Origin: Antedon mediterranea
Lineage: Eukaryota > Animalia > Echinodermata
Direction: 5' to 3'
Assembly: GCF_964355755.1 (NCBI RefSeq)
Contig: NC_092676.1
Coordinates: forward strand, 19,734,871 to 19,798,870
DNA length: 64,000 nucleotides
The stretch's first letter is position 1, and every line of letters begins with the position of its first letter. Below the pieces are notes generated by a model. It was given only the letters and a program-made list of their open reading frames with translations. It was not told where the DNA came from and searched no databases. This document shows positions 24,205 through 38,319 of this stretch, one piece after another. Made by a program: the position numbers and the translations under genes.

Positions 24205-24621
24205 TAATTGATTGTACTCTGTAAAAGCAGGGCATCCACGTAGGCGCCCAAACTGTTTCTTGCTAGGAAATGATAGTTATTTTGATTCCTTCAACAGAAC
24301 CCAGGATTATAAATGGAAGACTTCAACATTTTGTGTATAATTTTTTTTTTTTTTACAAAAATCAAACTGAACCACGTTCTAAAGCTCTTTATGAAATTGT
24401 GATATGCTTAAATATGGTGTGACATGACATCATCATGTCCATATATATCATATTTTTTTGTCACATAAAGTTTGCTAGTGTAGACAGAGCTTAAGACTAA
24501 TTTTCTATCAAACTATCATAGTAACACTTACTATAAAAATTAATTTTTATTAACCATAGTACATTGTAAACTATAAAATAAAGGTATTACTTTTGAGGTA
24601 AACTCCTTAATACTTTCGGCC

Positions 24622-24657
24622 CTATGGAATTCGTTCAGATTTTATGATCTTCATACT
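24622..24657 (-). CDS. ZUP1: ZUP1 terminal coding exon (SMKIIKSERIP*)
   Basis: Acceptor gtatttttcag, phase 0 matching the donor at 57691; the peptide resembles the human ZUP1 C-terminus as I recall it (...VFTAEKIP*). Confidence 0.85.
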   Translation of the reverse strand, partial: SMKIIKSERIP

Positions 24658-25192
24658 CTGAAAAATACAAATTATTGTTAAAAAGGTTTGTATGGCTCAT
24701 TGTGTGTCAGTATATGAGGGGAGTACTTGCAAAATCAAACAAAAAATATTTGACTTAACTTATATTATGGATGTACAGTACATTGTTTAATTACAACCTG
24801 TGTTATTGGTTTTTATTAAATGTCTCCCTCTATATAGTGTTTTGAATATTAAGTGATTTTTTTTATAACTACAGTACCCCCTCTATAATCTAAGCAATGT
24901 ATAAGTAAAGTAGTGAGACAGGCACTATTAGATGCTAAAGTTTAAATATGTACTGTATAATAAATGTAATAAAATAAAATTAATATACATACAAATTCAA
25001 CTATAAATTCTAATAAAAAAGAAATAAAAGCAAGCTGACTTTCCTTTTTCAAACTAAAATCGACTATAAAACCATTTTCGACAAAAAAGGCATTCCAATT
25101 ATATTTACAAAGTATTATGGCACCTCTTTTTAAGATTTAAAATTTAAATATCTTTTTTAGAATAGACACAAATGTGAAAATAGACTTTCTAA

Positions 25193-25578
25193 AGGCCCAT
25201 TTACACTAGGACGATAACGATTGACGATAAATAGACAAATATGCATTTTTCATACATAAAACAAAAGAAATATAAAAACTTTTCATTCTAGAACTATAGA
25301 ATAACCATCTATGCTTCCTTTGATGAAAATGATATTTTCATACGTCCAATCAAATGATGTCATTATTAGTAAGAGCAATAATATCGTGACAATACAACGA
25401 TTTTATTATTTTTATTTACCATGACGTCATTTGATTGAAATTTTAAAAATATTACTTTCATGCATCAAAGACAGCATAAATGATTATCCTAAAGTTCTAG
25501 AATGAAAACCTTTCTAATTTAAAAATGCATGCTTATATATTTATCGTCGATTGTTATTGTCCTTGTGTAAATGGGCCT
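25193..25578. mobile_element. Palindromic Harbinger-type MITE
   Basis: TIR aggcccatttacac, arms complementary over most of the length, TAA TSD. A related end occurs near 35181-35197. Confidence 0.85.
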
Positions 25579-26613
25579 TAAAGTCTAACAAATTCAGCAC
25601 ACTAGGATTACATTTGCCAGAATGCTTAATATTCACAAATATTAGTTAGAGAGTGATCAGGAGAGAGGTCCTTGATATGATGTGGGTGACCAGGTACTGT
25701 ATCTTGTTTACACAAATATATTTATTACAGTGAAAGTACATTATACTGATGTTCTTTCCATGATTGTAGGTTAAACAATGATTATGTTATCAGATGAAAT
25801 CAATGGATTACTGACAATACGCACGTAGGCAGTACTCAGTCAACTCGTTGACAATTGACACCTTTGTGCTAGCTCTCCCCATAGAGGTATCATATAACTA
25901 GAGTGTAAACTAGTAGCAGATGAAAGCAATGCCTTCAGGGTAGTCAGGCGTGGAGTTAGGCTCCCCCCTCTCCCCTCCCCCTAAAATTTAATTTTTTTAA
26001 ATAAAATAATGACTATTTGTATTTTTCTGCAACCTCACGGATTGTTTTTACCATTTATGAAATATTTAGCCGTCTAATCTATAATGCTGGATCCGCCACT
26101 GGTAGTGACTACTCAATTTGGCCACCGTATCTGTTTAAAAATATTATTAGTATATAAAATTGATTACTTAAATTTTATGAAAACCACATAAATGAGAACA
26201 TCTTTTTAAAAATACAGTGCAGCTAATTATACTCCAATGGCAATAAAATTAATCAATTTTTGTTTTGGTATAATTAAAAAAAAAAATAAGTTTTTAAAAT
26301 ACTGCATAAAAAGTATAAAATAAAACCTTAATACTGACTAGTGGAGCAACTTTGTAAACTGGCATATTAACATGATTGGATACATTGAAAGTACAGGGAT
26401 TTTTTCAAAAAATGGCCAAATTTCGACCTTTTTATATTGTTGTCATATTTGACTGTCCCTCTCACCACTGTGGCTCGTTTCTTGAGCTGTGATTGAGTTG
26501 TATACTAATAAAAAAGGAATTTTCTACAAATAAATTTGTAAAGTGTATCGCACCATTTAGGAAAAGTTAAATCTTGGGGAGTATCACTTCTCAAAAGCAG
26601 GATTTATTACTAA

Positions 26614-26792
26614 AGCTCTGTCTCCACTCACAAACTTTATGTGTCAACAAAATGTGATGTGCGCATATGGACACGATGATATAACATCACTACCATATTT
26701 GAGTATATCACTACCATATTTGTGCATATCACTCTTATATTTAGGTACATCACATTTTTTGTCACATAAAGTTTGATAGTGTAGACAGAGCT
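26614..26792. mobile_element. Harbinger-type MITE family with TIR AGCTCTGTCTACACTATCAAAC (representative copy)
   Basis: TAA/TTA flanks and internal 21-bp catatcactaccatat units. Other copies at about 24382-24491, 31271-31438, 31923-32039, 33702-34151, 54274-54418 and, split by an insertion, 54557-56546. Confidence 0.9.
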
Positions 26793-28417
26793 TTAGGGTA
26801 GGAAACAGTATTCTTGTTGTTGCTGTTGTTGTTCTTGTTGTTGTTGTTTAAAGATGTATTGTCCCCCAAAAACATGAAAAATGAAGATTAATTAAATTAG
26901 ATTTTAAATATGTTATTTTGTAGTTTTAATAAAGTTAATCACTTTTGTAGAAAAAAAAACAAACAAAAATAATGTTTTCACTTATAAAATGACAAAAAAA
27001 TTCTTAAATTCAACCAAAAACCCATTGGCTGGCAGCCAATTTAACAATTTTTTGCTTTAAATTACAGTTTTTTCAGGTAAATATATTTTTTTTAGATAAA
27101 ATTTTTGGTGACATTAAAATTCAACAAAAATTTTAAGAATTATTTATCAGGGGGAAAATACATCTTCTTTAATACAAGATTTTGGTTGAGATTGCAAGGC
27201 ATCATGACCAAGAAAAACTATATCCCATCCCAAACTATAAAATGTTGATTCACATCGCTGCTGTTATAATCATAAACATACATTTTTTTTTATCGCTGGC
27301 TAATTTCCAAATTTTCTTTTTATTACAAGAAGTACTTATAAAGTATATCTTTAGGCCAACTACTTTGTTCCGCATAGATAACTAAGAACAACAATATATT
27401 ATACTACGCGAGTGCTTCCTTGTATTTCAAAAACATATTAATTATAAAGTGCTATCATCACCCCCCTCTTTTTATTAATCAAATGTTATAGTGCATTTAA
27501 CACAATTATATCCTTATATTTTCGCGCCACGCCTTTTGGCAGTTATAGTCCAGAGGATGAAATCATTACAAAATAGTATCAATGCGGAACCTATTTATGT
27601 TACAAAGGCTGAAAAATAGGAATTTGTTAACTCGGACTGGGCATGCGCACATCCCCTAATCCCCTATAAACACGTCAGGAAAAATAGAGTCTTAAAGTAT
27701 TAAAACATCTGCTGTTTTCAGTCATGTGACATTTTCTGTTGAATGGCCCATACCAATACATGAACTAATGACGTAACAAAATTTTAAGGCTATTTTACAT
27801 TGTACACAACATTTTTTCTGATTGTTAAACAAAATGATAATAAATCACTGTTTCTTAATTTATTAAATAGAAAATCAATAAAATCATAATTTAATGAAGG
27901 AAGAACAAAAAAATTAAAACTGTAAATGAGTCAAGCAGCATTTTTCGTAACAAATATCTCTTGTTTACTATACTGTAATAATATATAAGTACTAGAAAAG
28001 CAAACAAAAATAAATTATACTAGTAGGTCTGATGAAGAATGTCTGTCAGACTCGATAGCTGCATAGTCCTATCATGACAACGAAAGGTTTTTAATTAAAT
28101 ATCAGAAGAAAACATAGTAAAAAAGATAACATCTTCATGACCTCACTATTAATATCCGATTTCAAGAACATTAAAATCACAACAAAATTATTATAGCCTG
28201 ATGAACATTCAACCACATAATCTGTTTGAAAGCCCATTTTTCCATGTAGATAAGATCTCAATATATTTACTGAAAAAGGTGTTTGATCAGATGATAAAAC
28301 CCACTCTGATCTGATCTGGAAGTAGCTATATCTGCTCTTTATTAACTTGAAACAATTCTTTATTGTTTACATAGGTCTATTAGCAGCTTTTTTCTTCTTT
28401 TTTTTAAAAACAAGATT

Positions 28418-28545
28418 CCAGCTTAAGGTATGAAATGCCATGTTTGCCAAAAGTAGTCTCCAGCTTATGTAGAGATATGATACACCATATGTGCCAAAAG
28501 TAGACTCCAGCTTATGTACAGGTATGATACACCATTTGTGACAAA
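28418..28545. repeat. Tandem repeat, about 2.5-3 degenerate 41-48-bp units
   Basis: tccagctta...atga.a..ccat.tgtg.caaaa repeated. Confidence 0.7.
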
Positions 28546-29784
28546 ATGTTTTCCTATTATGCTAAGCCCATTGCTGTCTAGTCTACAGTAAAAACCATAA
28601 TACGGAAATTCAATATAACCTCTCTATGGTGTGACTGAGTGTAAACCACTAGCGTGATCCTTAAATTCATCTGATGATGAATATTCTATTGATTTAGATC
28701 CATCCTAAAAATCAATCAGGGACAGGTGGACGTATTCAATATGCTCTGAGCATATATTAATCATACAAAAAGCTTTTCTATGGTACTGTATATAAATAAA
28801 TGTTCGACTATCCCATTGTAAATAGCCTAAATATTCAGCAACCCATGAATAACCACAAATGCGTTTAAAAGCTCCTTTTGTAATTAATATATAACATCTC
28901 TATAGCGAACATTAAAATCATACGACCACAAAACCAGTTCGCTGGTAATTCAAAACAGTCAATCAGGCATTGCGAAATGCCAACATCATTCACTCAGTAA
29001 TTCTCGCCATGTGAACGTCCTAATTAATCAGCTGATCACCATGCATTCTCGTGCATTCTTGCATGTTAAATTGATTTTTGTTTAGTTCCATGCAGAAACG
29101 TTCAATTTAAGAGTTAAAACAATATAGATATAAAGTTAATCAATATCTGTTAGTGAGTAAAGCAACATGTTGGTTGACATCATGACATTTCTATTAAAAC
29201 GGGATGTCGCGTTTGCTACAGAAGAACCTCCATTAAGGGGACAACTTTGGGACCCAACAAAGTGTCCCCTTAATAGAGGTTTGCCATTGTGTTAAAATGT
29301 ACTGCTTCTTGTTCATTTCAATAGACGTGTCCCCTTCAAGCCTTGTCTTATGGAAATGATAGGTGTGCTACAAATTGCACTCCTCAATACATTCAGGTAT
29401 GCTGTAGGTGTGCTGTTTGTATTTTGGTGTGTAGAAGTTTACCAAATTTAAGCATGTTGTAAATCGCACTACTCAAGGGCGGTTTAGGAGTGTCTTAGGT
29501 GACTGATCGCACTCGCTCGCCTTAAAAGACAAGGCCTGCCCCTTGGATATCGGGTGTCCCAAAAGACGTCTGTACTGTTTTCTTAACCAATAATTTAATA
29601 TACTTTATATAATGGATGAAAGGAAAATCCCTCATTTCTAGATTTAGAGTAAAATCCGAACAGGAAGACTGATATGTTCTAGAGAATTTATAACAGTAGA
29701 AGTTCATAATGATGCAATCTTTTGTTACAATTACAGGGATTTCCATATTCTATTGAATTTTAAACACACATCATTATTGAGTCA

Positions 29785-29894
29785 CTTTAAGTCACTACTC
29801 AAAACTCACCTTTTCTGATTTTTTTACAGCGCCATGAGCAATGAATGTTGGAATGGCGCTATATAAATCGAACGATTGATTGATTGATTGATTG
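29785..29894 (+). mobile_element. 3' tail of an L2-clade LINE or L2-dependent SINE
   Basis: Encodes FKSLLKTHLF*, then the stem-loop agcgcc...ggcgctatataaat and a (gatt)n tail. Confidence 0.75.
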
Positions 29895-32715
29895 TTAATA
29901 CAATGAAAGATGTAAATTTATAAAGCTTAATGAATAACAAACAAAAAACAAATAGTTATTGTGATTGTGAAGGCTTGTTCAGGCAAGCATACATTGTTCA
30001 ACAAATGCTAAATTTAGTGTGAAATGAAAAATATCCCATTCTTTGTGAAAATATGTGAATATACTATTTCAAGACAGGATGGCTACAGGCTTAGAAATGA
30101 GTATGTTTCTTACTATTGTCTATACTGTAGGTCTAAAACATTATCTTGTCGTCATTCTGTAACAGCATCAATAAAATCGATAATATAAAGTACTGGTATA
30201 CAGTAATATAAAGTACCAGTTTAAGTGCAAGAAGGGATATAGAGTAGCCAGCTTCCACCAACATTTAAATCTCGCAATTTGTTTGCAAGGTTTAAAAAAA
30301 GGGTGGGGGGGGGGGGGGGAGTCATTTTTTGTAATTAAAGTATCTTCCCCCCTCCCCCTTACCACTTACCACCATCTACTGTTTGACCTCTCCCTTTTCC
30401 CCCTGGCTCACAATCACATTGGATCATGATAAGGAGAGGGGTGTCACAAGTTTAGAACCAAAACAGACTAGTTAATTCATTAATTATTTTTCATAAAGAA
30501 CTACTCTATTAGTTTATCAACATATAGGTTTTTCCCACTTTATTTAAAATAACACAAACAATTCTGATGAATGGAAAATTTCTAAATTGAAAATTATTGA
30601 TAGGGCTTGAACTTTAATTGACCTTTTGCTTTTGTATAGATTTTGCAAGATTTTGCACTTTTCTAAGAAACCAAATCATAGAATATCCTGTAGGTTTTTA
30701 CATTACAGTAAAGTTTTTACAAATATATCCGTGTAAAAGATATCTAAAATGTTGTTTCTTCTTTAGTATTAAGAAATACTAGAGTGTACTACTTAATAAA
30801 AAGCAAATAGTAGGGTTCTTCAATTCCTAATACTTATTCTACTAATATATTGTGTCTACAGTGATACAGGCATCACATGTGATACACATGTTTTACTGTA
30901 TCATAGAATTTGTCTATGATACTGTACACATTCAAGTACCAGGAATCAGATACCTAAAACTATTCATTGTACATGATGAAATTAAACACTATTGATAGAT
31001 TTCTAATTGATTCCACAATAACAGCGAGGAACTTCTGTCTAATATCTTTTCAAATGTCTAGTCTGGAATTTTACAAAAACCACAAAATTAGAACGCATAA
31101 ACTTTTATTCATTACGCAAGAATCTTCAGATATTGCACGTTGTGATTCATTCCTTTGTATGAATTTTTAAAAAATTGGCTTATTTTCAAACATCAAATAC
31201 AAATATCCTGTCACTAAAATGTACTAAAACTATATGAGGTCTACATACAACACAAAGAGTGCAAACCTTAAGCTCTGTCTATACTATAAAACTAGTTTGA
31301 CAAACAAAAGTGTGATGTGCCCAAATATGGGAGTGATATGTCCGAATATGGTAGCGATGTGACATACTATAATCATGTCTATATATGAGCAAATCACTTT
31401 TTTTTTTTTCACAAAAGTTTGATAGTGTAGACAGAGCTTTAGACATTAATAAGTATTTATGAGTGTTCAAAATTCGCCCTAGCAAACTGAGAATTTTTCT
31501 AGTGGATAAAATAGTAAATTGTTAGCCCTGTGACTATGCTAAAACAGATGATTTTATAATAACACTAACAATGTAGTTATGGGCTAGATTTAATAAATTA
31601 TAGTAAGTATAAATACAAATTGTTTACATTATTTGTTTTATTAAATATGAATATTAAGAATTGGTGTCAATGACCCATAAAACATTGTCTTGGAACGCAA
31701 TGAATAACATAATTCATCAGCGACTATTGCACAGCTGAAAACATACAGAATACAACATGACTGGAAACAACATAATTTAACCATGATGGTCAAAATACAC
31801 AGTGAGTCATTGAAACAAAATGGATTCATGTGCACAGATGGTCATAGAACATGAATTATATGGCGATAACATTACTCATGAACATTAGCACGTGACTAAT
31901 AACAAAAAAGAGATCAGCATAAAGCTCTGTCTACACTATCAAACTAGTTTGACAAATATGGTAGTGATATGACATCATCATGTCCATATATGGATATACA
32001 ATTTTTTGTCACATAAAGTTTGACAGTGTAGACAGAGGTTTAAACATACTAACCCTATATCACATAATATGCATTATTGTTTTGGGTTTTTTTTTAACAA
32101 CTATTCCATAGTGATTCAGTTCCCTGTTGGTTTTCCTCTTTCACTCCCAGGAAACATTTTCATTTAAAAAAATTAATTTAGTTGTTACTGTAGACATCTG
32201 CTGCTGATTAATTTGAATTTGGAATAGGAAACATAGTTCTATAATGCGTTTTTAGCCAGCTATACCATGCATAGAAATAAGGTGCAAATATTTGTAGCAT
32301 TTGACTTGCTACACTGGTAAAAATGTTTGTTGCCATTGCTGTTTGTCGCCATTGCTGTTTGTCTTTCTTTCTCTCTGTGTTTATATGACAGAATGACTGA
32401 AATATGTTTGAGAAAGGTTTGAAGATGGGATATAGGTAAAATGGGACATAGGTAAAATTATCATACATGCTAACAACTAAAGTTAAAAAAACGGGAGGTG
32501 ATGCTGGCTGTATGTAGTATGTCTTGTTTTCCACAAATTATGGTAAATTCCAAATAACTTTGGACCTTTATGGACCTCAAGAAAAGTCTGGTTTTGGGAG
32601 AGTTTCCAGTTTTACAAGAGTTAACTGTATTATATAACCAATTCTAGCTTAGTTTAGATGAGTACATAATCTATACTCAAGGTTTAGTTTAATTGAGTGC
32701 TAGCATGAAGATTTG

Positions 32716-33322
32716 TTTTCACGCTGCTGCTCTAGCCCGCTACGTCCCATTAGGACTACTCAATCAGAAGCTAAAGCCAGCAGCAGTTATAGTTCTAAGG
32801 ACAGACAGTTTTGTGAAAATGGAAACTCCACTATGATTTATTGATTCCAGCTGCTACAGTAGACCCAAAAAAAACGTCTGGGAAAGAGTCTATTAGGACA
32901 TGTCATGCTAAAATTACAAATCCCTAAGCATTTCTGGTATATTCACTGTCAGATATTCATTGAATTATTATCGAAACAGTCCATTAAAGTTTGTGTTTGT
33001 AATAGGATACTTCATAATTGAAATATCTAGGGTGATGAAGTGACCCCCAGATTTGACCTTAGCAATAAAATTAACTAAAGTGACAGAAATTGAGTATTCA
33101 CTTCTGTAACAAAAAAATAATATTTATTCACATATAAAAAAAGAAAAGAAACCCAAAAACCATTGTCTGACAGACAATTTAAGTATTTGTTGCTTTAAAT
33201 TAAATTTTTTTCAGGTAAAATAACTATTATGTGACAATAAAATGACACATTCAAAAACATTTGAAATAAAAAATATTTTTCAATAAGCGAGCAGCGTTTT
33301 TTGTAAGAAATATTTCTTGTTA
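32716..33322 (+). repeat. About 600-bp segment, copy 1 of a near-identical direct duplication
   Basis: Reads base-for-base with 35915-36520 apart from a handful of substitutions and A-run lengths. Confidence 0.95.
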
Positions 33323-33701
33323 AAATAGAGACTGTATAAAAATCAAGTTGCATAGACATTTAAAATTAATGATCACATACTAAGACTAGCTAATTAAAAT
33401 CAGCAGTCTATAATAAGTATTGCCTAAGCAGATACCAGTAGGATCTGGTTTATACTATTGCATCAGACTATGTAATGCATTATTGCATCAGAATATGTAA
33501 TGCACTATTGCATCAGTATTCTAAAATACATAATTTATTATTTATAGAAATAAAATAATAATCAATGGTTATTATTAAACTGGAAATTAGTTTTTTTGAA
33601 GGATAAAAAAAATCAAAAAAATATTTAATTTAAACGAAGAAAAATAATGTTTAAAGGGGTTTTACACTCAATGTTCAATGCTGATAAATACAGTAATATA
33701 A

Positions 33702-34151
33702 AGCTCTGTCTACACTATCAAAAGTGATATGCCCATATATGGATACATTATTACCATATCTGGGCATATAACTACCATATATGGGCATATAACTACCATA
33801 TCTGGGCATATCACTACCATATCTGGGCATATCACTACCATATCTGGGCATATCACTACCATATCTGGGCATATCACTACCATCTGGGCATATCACTACC
33901 ATATCTGGGCATATCACTACCATATCTGGGCATATCACTACCATATCTGGGCATATCACTACCATATCTGGGCATATCACTACCATATCTGGGCATATCA
34001 CTACCATATCTGGGCATATCACTATCATATCTGGGCATATCACTACCATATCTGGGCATATCACTAACATATTTGGGCATATCACTAACGTATTTGGGCA
34101 TCACTATCATATTTGGGCACATCTTTTTTTTGTCAAACTTGTTAGTTAGCT
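33702..34151. repeat. MITE copy with expanded 21-bp minisatellite (catatcactaccatatctggg)
   Basis: Left TIR agctctgtctacactatcaa followed by roughly 19 units; right end degenerate. Confidence 0.9.
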
Positions 34152-34491
34152 TAAAACAATGGTATATGTTTTTAAAATAGAATGTTGAAAATTAATGTTG
34201 TTAATGCACAGTGATTTAGGATTCAAAGTCCATATCCTAAAGCAAAAAATACTACTAAATACTCAATATTATATACAGTATATAATGTTGGTCTAACATC
34301 ATGTTGCATATAAAATTACACTCTGAATTGAGATGTTAAGAGATCTGTAACAGAATCATAAAACAACCATATTTACATCCTCATAATTACCACAGTAACA
34401 TACAATACAAAGTAAAATAAATGTATATGTATGTCATTAACCAAGTTCAACTTCTTTGTAATTTCATAGAATTGAATTGAAATATATATTT

Positions 34492-34783
34492 ATACTGGGT
34501 AACCTCTTCAGTCAAAGACTGGTCTCCCAGAGGGCCCAGTTGGTGATCAGTGGCTGTGATGTACTAATACACCGGGGTAACCCCCTACTCGTCTCGAAAG
34601 ATGTACTAGGTTCTTTAAAGTGCACACGAGCTAGATGTGTACACTGGACCTACGGTTTATAGTCCTTATCCGAGAAGACTCGTTCTACCACCAGAACCAT
34701 GGAGTGAGTGAGCCTCGAACCCATGCCGATGTTATGGCTACGTAATTGCGGTTCCACTGTCTTAACCGCTCGGCCACTCACCC
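34492..34783 (-). mobile_element. tRNA-derived SINE with Deu/Nin-like central domain
   Basis: Minus strand reads gggtgagtggccgagcggttaagacagtgga...ggttcgag, then ggataaggactataaaccgtaggtcc...gcactttaaagaacc. Confidence 0.85.
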
Positions 34784-35914
34784 AACTGAAAAGAAGAAGA
34801 TCAACATAGGCTAACCTATAACAATGGAGAACATCTACCTCCATGTTAATAATGTCAATAATAGAACTATCTATAATATGGTTGCAAATAAGGCTGTGTT
34901 TCCACAGCCATAACAAATTATTGGATTTTTTAGCCAATCAGATAATTATTTAAAAAAATAAAGTGCGCATGATTTGACATTGACGAACAACGAAAGATCC
35001 AATCACAACGCAATAATTTGCCCTTCAGGGCAAAGGTTAAAAATTATTGCATTTATCCAATAATTATCTGATTTTAAAAAGATAATTATCGGTTATTTTT
35101 TCTCGAGCTCGAGCGGAATCGGTTAAACCCTGTTTTCACAGGAACTTAATCTGTTAATTATCAGTTAATCATTTTCATCCCAGTGTAAATGGGCCTTAAG
35201 ATATGAGGAAACGGTGGATTACAGTAATACTTGTAAATATATAATATTTTATAAATATATATCATTGTGAGAACTATGAAATTTATTATTTTATTTATAT
35301 ATTTCAACAATAAACAATAAATTTGATATAATTTCAAAAATATAATCTTAGATATATTTCAACCGTACTATTTTTAGTCATTTTCAAAAGAAAAAAAACC
35401 TGATCAGCTGATTGCTGCTTACGAGAAAGTGATGCGATGGCGTGATACTTATTATGCAAAGGAAAATTTATTATTCATTATTTTTACATCAATTGAATTA
35501 CCTATGTCGAAATATGGTTGGATGAGACGTATTGGATGCTATTGGAAGACAAAAATCAATAAATACTCTACGTCTTGCAAGCTATATAAAATAACAATAG
35601 ATGTAATTAAGACTGGCCTGGACGAAGCTGTCCAGGGTTGTTTATTGTTTTCTGTATTTTTCCATGTTCACCTTTGTCATTAAATAGGTCTATTGACCAT
35701 AAAGTATTTTGCAGCACTGAATTATTGTAGGGAATAGGTAAAATCAAAATGAACTATTACCTAAAAATATATACTTAATAATATTAATGAAATTAAAAAT
35801 ATACAACCCCATTCCCAGGGACGTAAAGGTATCATTTCATCAATTTGCATTTAAGGCATTCCGACTTGGCCTTGTTTCAAGTAAATATTCAAGAAAAAAA
35901 AAACTCCTTTATTT

Positions 35915-36520
35915 TTTTCACGCTGCTGCTCTAGCCCGCTACGTCCCATTAGGACTACTCAATCAGAAGCTAAAGCAAGCAGCAGTTATAGTTCTAAGGA
36001 CAGACAGTTTTGTTAAAATGGAAACTCCACTATGATTTATTGATTCCAGCTGCTACAGTAGACCCAAAAAACGTCTGGGAAAGAGTCTATTAGGACATGT
36101 CATGCTAAAATTACAAATCCCTAAGCATTTCAGGTATATTCACTGTCAGATATTCATTGAATTATTATCGAAACAGTCCATTAAAGTTTGTGTTTGTAAT
36201 AGGATACTTCATAATTGAAATATCTAGGGTGATGAAGTGACCCCCAGATTTGACCTTAGCAATAAAATTAACTAAAGTGACAGAAATTGAGTATTCACTT
36301 CTGTAACAAAAAAATAATATTTATTCACATATAAAAAAAGAAAAGAAACCCAAAAACCATTGTCTGACAGACAATTTAAGTATTTGTTGCTTTAAATTAC
36401 ATTTTTTCAGGTAAAATAACTATTATGTGACAATAAAATGACACATTCAAAAACATTTGAAATAAAAAATATTTTTCAATAAGCGAGCAGCGTTTTTTGT
36501 AAAAAAATATTTCTTGTTTA
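35915..36520 (+). repeat. About 600-bp segment, copy 2
   Basis: Direct copy of 32716-33322. Confidence 0.95.
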
Positions 36521-37994
36521 AAGAGGAATTATTAAAAAATTAAATATTATTAAAATAAAGGCACATGTTCCGTACCATATCATGTATTGCAGCACTGTAC
36601 TTTGTTCTATATTTTGAATGATATATTGTTCAAACAATTATGTAACTAAAATTTATACATCAATTTGCATGCATTAATAATTCTTATTATTCAAATTTTT
36701 GTGGTTATTAGGAGGATATATATAAGTACAATTTCGCCAACCAACAAAATAATAAGTGAGATTTAAAAGATAATTATTTTGAAGGTTAACATCACAGTGT
36801 TGTTATTTTGACATTAATTATTCAAATTAATTTAATCATGATTTGTGTATAAACCATGATTGTTCAATAATAGTTGGTCTGAACAAACCCAAACTATAAT
36901 ATTCGACCTTGCATCTGACATTGATTTAAATAATTGATGTCATTAACAATTCATCAAGGTTATTAAATCCCGAAAATAAAACAACACAAATTTAGAAGAT
37001 CTAGAAAAGATTTTTCGCATACTACCATCCAAGTCTCATGCATTGGACTCATACTCTCACACTTAAAGCCTGAAATCTCATCCAATTCTTTAAAAAACTT
37101 TCAGAATTTATTGACAATTTGCATGAGATAATTTATATAATATGAAATATATTATCGACAATATTAATATTGATATTTTGTTGTTATTTTCTATGTGAAG
37201 TTTGGATCAAAACACATGACCTGGTGCAGATTCAGGACTAGGAAGTGGCGGGGGCAGGGCTACAGCCTGTTTAGCTGACGACATCCTCTCCCCCTCCACT
37301 CCAAAATCTGCACCTGATGACCATATCATATCTTCAATGGACAAATAGGCACTGATTTTAAATCATTATCAATCATAAACACAATAAATATTTTTATATT
37401 TTCTTTGTACTTTTCTAAAGTAAAATAATACATAAAACTTAGTTTAGGGGGTGGGGGTTTCATTTTCTTTCACTTTTTAAATTTATTATCTTACCTTAAA
37501 ATATGTATTTATCAATTTATATGAAATGAAAAAAACATGGAAAATGGTTACTAAATATATAAAATAAGAACATTGTATTAATGTGATATCCTGGTTTTGT
37601 ATAGTGTCAAATGGCCCATGGACAAACAGTGCAATTCACACTGGCTAAATCAAATTACTGTACACATTATTATAATAGGCAAGGTTATTGACATCACACA
37701 TTACAGCTGATCAACAAAAGTGGCGTGATCAGTGGAGGAGGGCGCTACAATCTGTTTATAATAATTACTTCAATTTCAATGCCCTGGATTGCAAGCATTA
37801 TGGAAAAGCCTTCCACTAGTAACCTAGCTTGTCAATAGTCTATTTTTAGAACTAGAAACCAGCTTGGAAATATACTATCATTATTTATAGTTGTTATGCT
37901 CATCAAATTTACAATTGTAAATTCAAGTTGAGGCCAGTAACAGTGAGATCATAGTTTACCAACAAAGGGGACGCTTATAATTACCATACAAAGG

Positions 37995-38125
37995 GCTTTG
38001 GGAAACCCTTTGTGGTTGGATGAGTGTATTGACACTGACCAATCAGAGACAAGCTGCTGTTGCTATTGCGAAATGATCAGCTGTGGCTATAAAAGAGCTG
38101 TGGCATCCCTGCATTGCTAATTTCA
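37995..38125 (+). promoter_or_regulatory. Pol II core promoter of the nested orphan gene
   Basis: kB-like GGGAAACCCT near 38000, CCAAT 38039-38043 (gaccaatcag), ATTGCGAAAT 38065-38074, CAGCTG 38078-38083, TATAAAAG 38088-38095. Confidence 0.7.
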
Positions 38126-38319
38126 AGCTTTACTTGCAGTGTGAGAACATACATTTTGATAAAAACATTTTGTGGTGAAAACTGCTGTTTTTAAAGGCAT
38201 CAACCAAGCTGAGTAAATAAACATTCAAGTTACTGAAGCACAGTGCTAGAATTCTGCAGTAAACAGAAAAGAAAGGTATTTTTCTTACATTATCTTTGAC
38301 AAGAACACTTAAATTCATA

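Noticed and set aside
28625-28707. Exon-like segment on the minus strand (DGSKSIEYSSSDEFKDHASGLHSVTP*)
   Set aside because: Only a plausible acceptor; no homology to the ZUP1 C-terminus or any family I know.
33675-34122. Repetitive ORFs (VVICPDM, HITTISG, DMPRYGS)
   Set aside because: Translations of a 21-bp MITE minisatellite that is open in several frames.
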